From Deltaproteobacteria bacterium (GTDB lineage Bacteria; Desulfobacterota; Desulfomonilia; UBA1062): a stretch of DNA of 53,096 nt. The number at the start of each line of letters is the position of its first letter. Position 1 is the first letter of the stretch. This document shows, piece after piece, positions 48,936 to 53,096 of the stretch. The notes below the pieces were generated by a model. It was not told the DNA's origin. It was given only the letters and a program-made list of their open reading frames with translations, and searched no databases. The position numbers and the translations under genes are program-made. The DNA is taken from the NCBI GenBank assembly GCA_016934135.1, contig JAFGTK010000061.1, forward strand, positions 1 through 53,096. Reading direction: 5' to 3'.

Positions 48936-49179
48936 GATAGAAATATCCAATAATGTCTTAAAATTATAAATTTATATTTAAAATTAAGGTGTTTAGCTGT
49001 AAAAAAAATCAACACCGTAATCGGCCGGGTTATTTAAAACAGGGACATTATTTTTTAGATAAGTAACTGTAATTACATGATGGTATAGATTTGGTCACGG
49101 GCACAGCCGGAATGGAATACAGGTGTAATATATTCCAACATGTCCTTGCTGGATAGAGGCCCGGGTCGAATGTGCAACC

Positions 49180-49383
49180 CTAAATCTTGTTGCTCGTGCT
49201 CACCCCTAAATGCATATAGAGCGGACAGTAGCCGGATGCTGCACTGGAGAGCAGGGCACCGCTTGTTATCAGGGCTAGTGCGGTTAGAAAACCGGCTTTA
49301 CCGCTCTTTACCAGGACAATGAGGACAGCAAGGGCAACCACGAATCTGCTGAGCCTGTCGAGCACTCCTACATTCTGTTCCAT
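49180..49383 (-). CDS. DUF2892 (YgaP-like) small membrane protein
   Basis: 67 aa with N-terminal NVGVLDRLSRFVVA, two TM helices and a C-terminal CPLY motif typical of DUF2892. GGAGG lies upstream. Confidence 0.65.
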   Translation of the reverse strand: MEQNVGVLDRLSRFVVALAVLIVLVKSGKAGFLTALALITSGALLSSAASGYCPLYMHLGVSTSNKI

Positions 49384-49459
49384 GTCATACCTCCGATGTC
49401 ATAATGGGTCATATATTCAGATAAAATACCGTTCTTTGTCAACCAGGATTCGTTATTGG

Positions 49460-49975
49460 TCATGTATTGAGAAAATCCAGGACGGTTGTAGATGCGTCGA
49501 GTCTGCAACAGGTTTCAAGGTCCACAACCGAGTGCTGTATGTCGTTGCAAAAGGTTGAAATAAAGCTCTCAATGAGATCTCTGCGGACTACAATAAGGCT
49601 TTTATGCCCGTATCTTTTCAGGTGTTCGAAGATAGGATAGTGTCCCCTCCGGTCCATTTCGAGCAGGCCGAACTCGTCGAATACAAAGGGCAGATCTTGT
49701 GAAATCTTGTGAAAATGCATGTTCACGTGGGAAAACACATCAGGATAGAAGTAAAAACGGGAAGTGCTTGATTCGGTGGATATCGGGGTGGTTGTCGCCA
49801 TGGGGAGGCTTTTCTGCTCCGGAAGCAGAAGAAGATCGATCCCGATGATGTCAGTGCCCGAGAATTTCTTGACGCTTAGAAAACCCTGTGCATGGACTTT
49901 ATGGTCTGCAATCAGGCCTTTGAGAAACAGCGTTTTACCGCAACCCTTGTTTCCGGTAAAGATGAGCATCATCAT
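49460..49975 (-). CDS. P-loop NTPase (THEP1 / DUF2478-like)
   Basis: It has Walker A IFTGNKGCGKT, a GF..V motif, and Walker B-like FVFDEFGLLEM. A 6-nt gap follows the upstream binding-protein gene. Confidence 0.6.
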   Translation of the reverse strand: MMMLIFTGNKGCGKTLFLKGLIADHKVHAQGFLSVKKFSGTDIIGIDLLLLPEQKSLPMATTTPISTESSTSRFYFYPDVFSHVNMHFHKISQDLPFVFDEFGLLEMDRRGHYPIFEHLKRYGHKSLIVVRRDLIESFISTFCNDIQHSVVDLETCCRLDASTTVLDFLNT

Positions 49976-49981
49976 GTCAAC

Positions 49982-50950
49982 CTATTTCTCCAGCGCGATT
50001 TCTATGGGATATGTTCCGTAAAAACGGGTATAAAATCCCCTGGCTTCGGCATTCATATCAAAGCTTATCTGTTCGGGGTAGAGAGTGTTTGCAAGCCACA
50101 TGATCCCGAGGATGGATTCAGGGGATGGAAGATCCCAGGAATCGATGTACGATGGAAAGGTAAAAATCTGCCTGTTTTGCACTGCATCGATAAGGCCGAG
50201 TCCTTTATCGGATAGGATCTCTTCAGGCAGGCCGGGACTGTAATAAGGGATCGTAACCATGACTTGAGGGTTCCATGCAGCCAGGTGTTCCCGGTTGACG
50301 CTTGCCCAGCCCCCTTTAAGATCATGGGAGACATTGATCCCGCCTGCGAGGCGGATGATGTGGTCCTGATAGAAGTCGCCTCCCACGGTTGTCAGTAGCC
50401 GTGCCCCGACAATGTATACCCTCTTCTTTTCCTTTATACCTGCTGTTTGTGCCTTGATATAATCCATCTTTTCCTGGTAGAAGGTGCTTATGGCCTCGGC
50501 CCTTTCTGTTCTGCCCAGGACCTCGGCGATCAGGCCAAGTCCACGGATCATGGTATCCGGATTTTCCACAATTATGCAGAATACCGCGATGCCGGTCTTT
50601 TCAAGGTTCTCCACCAGGGGCCCGGGTGAGGTGAAGACGATGTCCGGGCTCATGGAAAGGATCTCTTCAACACTTGAGTGGCGGTCGGCTATCCCTGCCT
50701 TTTCCAGATTGGGAAAGAGCAGAGCCGCCACCGGAGACGGCCTTGTTGAGATACCCACGAGTTTATCTTCCATGCCCAGTGCAAGGATCATTTTCGTTGC
50801 GATCCGGTAAGGCGAAACAATGCGATCGATCTTATCGGGAACGTGTATTGTCCGGCCTGTCATATCAACAACCTCTCCAGCATTGGCTGCACAAACAGAT
50901 ATGAGGCCCATGGCAAGCACGATTGTCAAAAGCATGGGAATTCTTTTCAT
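49982..50950 (-). CDS. ABC transporter periplasmic substrate-binding protein (BtuF/FepB, Peripla_BP_2 family)
   Basis: It has a signal peptide (MKRIPMLLTIVLAMGLISVCAANA), then RIVSPYRIATKMILALGMEDKLVGIS and PDIVFTS. The ATG at 50950 has GGAGGTG upstream and overlaps the upstream stop (ATGA). Confidence 0.85.
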   Translation of the reverse strand: MKRIPMLLTIVLAMGLISVCAANAGEVVDMTGRTIHVPDKIDRIVSPYRIATKMILALGMEDKLVGISTRPSPVAALLFPNLEKAGIADRHSSVEEILSMSPDIVFTSPGPLVENLEKTGIAVFCIIVENPDTMIRGLGLIAEVLGRTERAEAISTFYQEKMDYIKAQTAGIKEKKRVYIVGARLLTTVGGDFYQDHIIRLAGGINVSHDLKGGWASVNREHLAAWNPQVMVTIPYYSPGLPEEILSDKGLGLIDAVQNRQIFTFPSYIDSWDLPSPESILGIMWLANTLYPEQISFDMNAEARGFYTRFYGTYPIEIALEK

Positions 50951-52953
50951 TGGATCACCTCCAGTGTGCCATAGTGATGCAGGGCCGAGCAGTGGCATTC
51001 CACACTGACATGGGCAGGAAAGGCGCTGTGGGTGAGAATGCTCCTGTTGCCGATGCTTACTGCCACCTTCCCCGCATCCATTATGTCATGAGTCAGGCAT
51101 GATTTCAGGTAGGGGGAATGACGTGTAAAAGGGTTGATCCTGGGAGAGTTCATCCAGTGGGGATAAGCGAAGAAATGCGGGCATATCGGCTCGCCTGTGG
51201 ATAGAACCATGTACTGGTGAAGAGACGAGGCATACTTCAAGGGACCTGAAGAGTTCGATATACTGGTAAATTCGAAGGGGAATACCTGTGTTCCCACGCC
51301 GTCGAGTATGATGAGAAGAGTTTTATTCCCTGAAAGAACCGTTTCTGACACGGCTTTCCTGATCCCGGTAATGTGTTCGGGTACGGGTATGGTGGAATAC
51401 ACCGGCAGGTTTACATCCAGGGAGTCGGTACGGTAAGAGAAACGGCTGATGGAGGACAGAGCGAGGAAACGGTAACCCTGCTCCGGGATTAAGAAGTATT
51501 CGCCATAGATGTCCGGATCAAATCGGTACCCGATCATATCGCCGAGATCTTCTCTTGTATAGATCTTATCGATGCCATCAAGGTTTTTCAGCCTCTCCAC
51601 ATCCCTTCTGCTTGACTTGTACAGGCATGCGATGCCTTCATCGGCCGATGCAATACCTTCGATCTCTTTCTCCAGGTTGATGATGCCAGTTGAAGGTATC
51701 ATGTCTCCGAGCCCCACCACCAGGTATTCATATCCTGTCTGTTCGATCAGCCTGAGCACTTCTTTTCCTGCTGTATCGACGAAATGACGATAAGTCTCCG
51801 GGTCCTCGCGGTGCCTGCCTACAAAGGAAGACTGGGAATAGGTGATCACGGCTAGATCAGGATGCAGTTCCTTGATGAAAGAACAAGCCATATCAGTTAC
51901 CCAGGCGTCCGAGGTCTCTTTCATGTCACCCGGATACGGTATCCTCGTGATGGTCTCTGCAAGCGGCGGTTCCATGGGCAGTTCACAGGGAAGGCATGTT
52001 GACATGTCGATAATGCTCCTGAATCCGCCCACCTCTATAATCCCTTTTCTAGGGTCCAGGGTTATATCATTATCTTCCGTGACTTCAGCAACTTGACCTC
52101 TCATGTATATAGGTGTTGAACAGCCGGGACAGCTCTCATCATTTAGGCGGATATCAAATAGCGTCGCACCGCACCCGCCGGAACTTACCCGTTTGACGAC
52201 GAGCTCTGAGCATGACGGGCACAGGGTATCAACCCAGATGGAGTTCGGAAAATTCTCGAGATAGACATAGTCGAGGAGGGCACGGGCATCGCTGCGCAGG
52301 GCTATCATGTCATTAATTTCGGTATGAGGCATGTCAGTACAGTGGTATTCCGGCAGCAGTCTGTATATGTGCCAAGGGATCTTTCTTGATATCTCCGATA
52401 TCTTCCCGGCAATGGTTAACATATCCTGACGGGTCATCAAAGGTACATAGGGCGTGGTAACCTCTATATGAACGCCGTGATCATGGAGAAAGGAGATTGT
52501 TGAAAGGACTGCATCGAGGCTCCCGCCCCTGCAAACTTCCCGGTAAAATGCAGTGGAAGGCCCCTTCACGCTGATATTTGCGCAGGATATGACCTCGGCA
52601 GCGGCCTTGCTTTGCGAATCCGAGAACAACCCGTTGGTGGAACACCCCATGAGTATCCCCTGATTCCGGGCCTCGCCTGCAATATCCATGAAGTAGGAAA
52701 AGCTCACAGCCGGTTCATTTGCACTGAAACTGATGATGCCTGCATCTGCTGCGGCAGCCTTTTTCACCACCTGAGCAGGGGAAAGATCAAAGAAGAAGGC
52801 CGGTTCATTCAGGAGATGCTGGTTCATGCAGTAGCTGCAGTCGAGGTTGCATCCGTAGGTTCCTATGCTCATGGAACGGATCCCGGGATTGAAGTGAAAA
52901 AATGGGATACGCTCGATAAAGCCCATATAAAGATTTGTCAGCGGGTATGTCAT
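50947..52953 (-). CDS. radical SAM enzyme (PflA/AmmeMemoRadiSam-like N-terminal domain) fused to ~370-aa uncharacterised C-terminal domain
   Basis: This is a single uninterrupted 668-aa ORF. The N-terminus IERIPFFHFNPGIRSMSIGTYGCNLDCSYCMN has CX3CX2C. A CPSC...CPGC pair lies near residues 255-280. I recognise no motif in residues 300-668. AAGGAGAG Shine-Dalgarno precedes the start, which overlaps the permease stop (ATGA). Confidence 0.8.
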   Translation of the reverse strand: MTYPLTNLYMGFIERIPFFHFNPGIRSMSIGTYGCNLDCSYCMNQHLLNEPAFFFDLSPAQVVKKAAAADAGIISFSANEPAVSFSYFMDIAGEARNQGILMGCSTNGLFSDSQSKAAAEVISCANISVKGPSTAFYREVCRGGSLDAVLSTISFLHDHGVHIEVTTPYVPLMTRQDMLTIAGKISEISRKIPWHIYRLLPEYHCTDMPHTEINDMIALRSDARALLDYVYLENFPNSIWVDTLCPSCSELVVKRVSSGGCGATLFDIRLNDESCPGCSTPIYMRGQVAEVTEDNDITLDPRKGIIEVGGFRSIIDMSTCLPCELPMEPPLAETITRIPYPGDMKETSDAWVTDMACSFIKELHPDLAVITYSQSSFVGRHREDPETYRHFVDTAGKEVLRLIEQTGYEYLVVGLGDMIPSTGIINLEKEIEGIASADEGIACLYKSSRRDVERLKNLDGIDKIYTREDLGDMIGYRFDPDIYGEYFLIPEQGYRFLALSSISRFSYRTDSLDVNLPVYSTIPVPEHITGIRKAVSETVLSGNKTLLIILDGVGTQVFPFEFTSISNSSGPLKYASSLHQYMVLSTGEPICPHFFAYPHWMNSPRINPFTRHSPYLKSCLTHDIMDAGKVAVSIGNRSILTHSAFPAHVSVECHCSALHHYGTLEVIQ

Positions 52954-53096
52954 ATATTCTCTCCTTGTGAACGTTTCAGCAGGTATGCGAAAAACGGCGC
53001 TCCGATAATGGCGGTCACGATGCCCAGCGGGATTTCCTGTGTGGTTATGATCCTGGCCAGATCATCAACAACGAGCATGTATGCCGAGCCCATCAA
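52950..53096 (-). CDS. FecCD-family ABC transporter permease (C-terminal fragment; gene continues beyond the window)
   Basis: The minus-strand translation is LMGSAYMLVVDDLARIITTQEIPLGIVTAIIGAPFFAYLLKRSQGENI*. This matches the conserved C-terminus of BtuC/FepD/FecCD permeases (D.laR....E.P.G..TA..GAP.F..LL). Confidence 0.8.
   Translation of the reverse strand: MMGSAYMLVVDDLARIITTQEIPLGIVTAIIGAPFFAYLLKRSQGENI

Noticed and set aside
50947-52050. A resemblance between the C-terminal domain of the radical-SAM fusion and the alkaline-phosphatase/phosphodiesterase superfamily (LLIILDGVG, STGEPICPH, HPDLAVITY...VVGLGDM).
   Set aside because: The similarity is only at motif level, the motifs are in the wrong order for the canonical fold, and the key metal and nucleophile residues are not evident. 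I do not assert it without a profile or structure search.
1-53096. A window-wide search for CRISPR repeats, tRNA/rRNA genes, transposases, integrases, phage genes, toxin-antitoxin pairs, restriction-modification and other defence genes.
   Set aside because: I found no regularly spaced direct repeats, no cloverleaf-compatible intergenic segments, and no ORFs with the relevant catalytic signatures. The window reads as core chromosome with a few accessory genes after 45 kb.

Overview
The window is a 53 kb, gene-dense stretch of chromosome with about 55 CDS, nearly all on the + strand up to about 45.5 kb and on the - strand after that. I found no rRNA, tRNA, CRISPR array, transposase, integrase or prophage signature. 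Most of it is core housekeeping. It starts with rpmE-prfA-prmC-murA-hisD, a CCA/poly(A)-polymerase-family gene, a YggU/DivIVA/YggT division cluster, and smc followed by a MinD/ParA-like ATPase. Next come a DUF364-moaA pair, hisS-aspS, a candidate Re-type citrate synthase next to icd, and a long amino-acid block (argB-argD-argF-argG-argH, a lipoprotein, lysA-dapA-dapB). The + strand run ends with folK, a receiver-PAS-histidine kinase, a lytic transglycosylase and pgsA. Four radical-SAM enzymes, sigma-54-type promoters, a PEP-CTERM protein and lipobox proteins suggest an anaerobic diderm bacterium, perhaps Thermodesulfobacteriota- or Nitrospirota-like. That taxonomic guess is inference only. I do not see a clear-cut new system such as a defence island or toxin locus. 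Five places look most worth a second look. (1) A minus-strand operon at the right edge places a 668-aa protein (radical-SAM domain plus a ~370-aa domain I cannot assign) between a FecCD-type permease and a BtuF/FepB-type binding protein, followed by a THEP1/DUF2478-like NTPase. (2) A tight operon encodes a double zinc-ribbon protein, LemA, and an M48 peptidase with two extra C-terminal zinc ribbons. (3) An HMGL/Re-citrate-synthase-like enzyme carries a C-terminal Cache-like ligand-binding domain. (4) A 440-nt non-coding spacer at 21290-21729 contains strong hairpins and a 16-nt imperfect direct repeat. (5) A near-perfect sigma-54 promoter sits in front of the PEP-CTERM gene. All functional calls come from motif recognition by eye. 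No database search was run.
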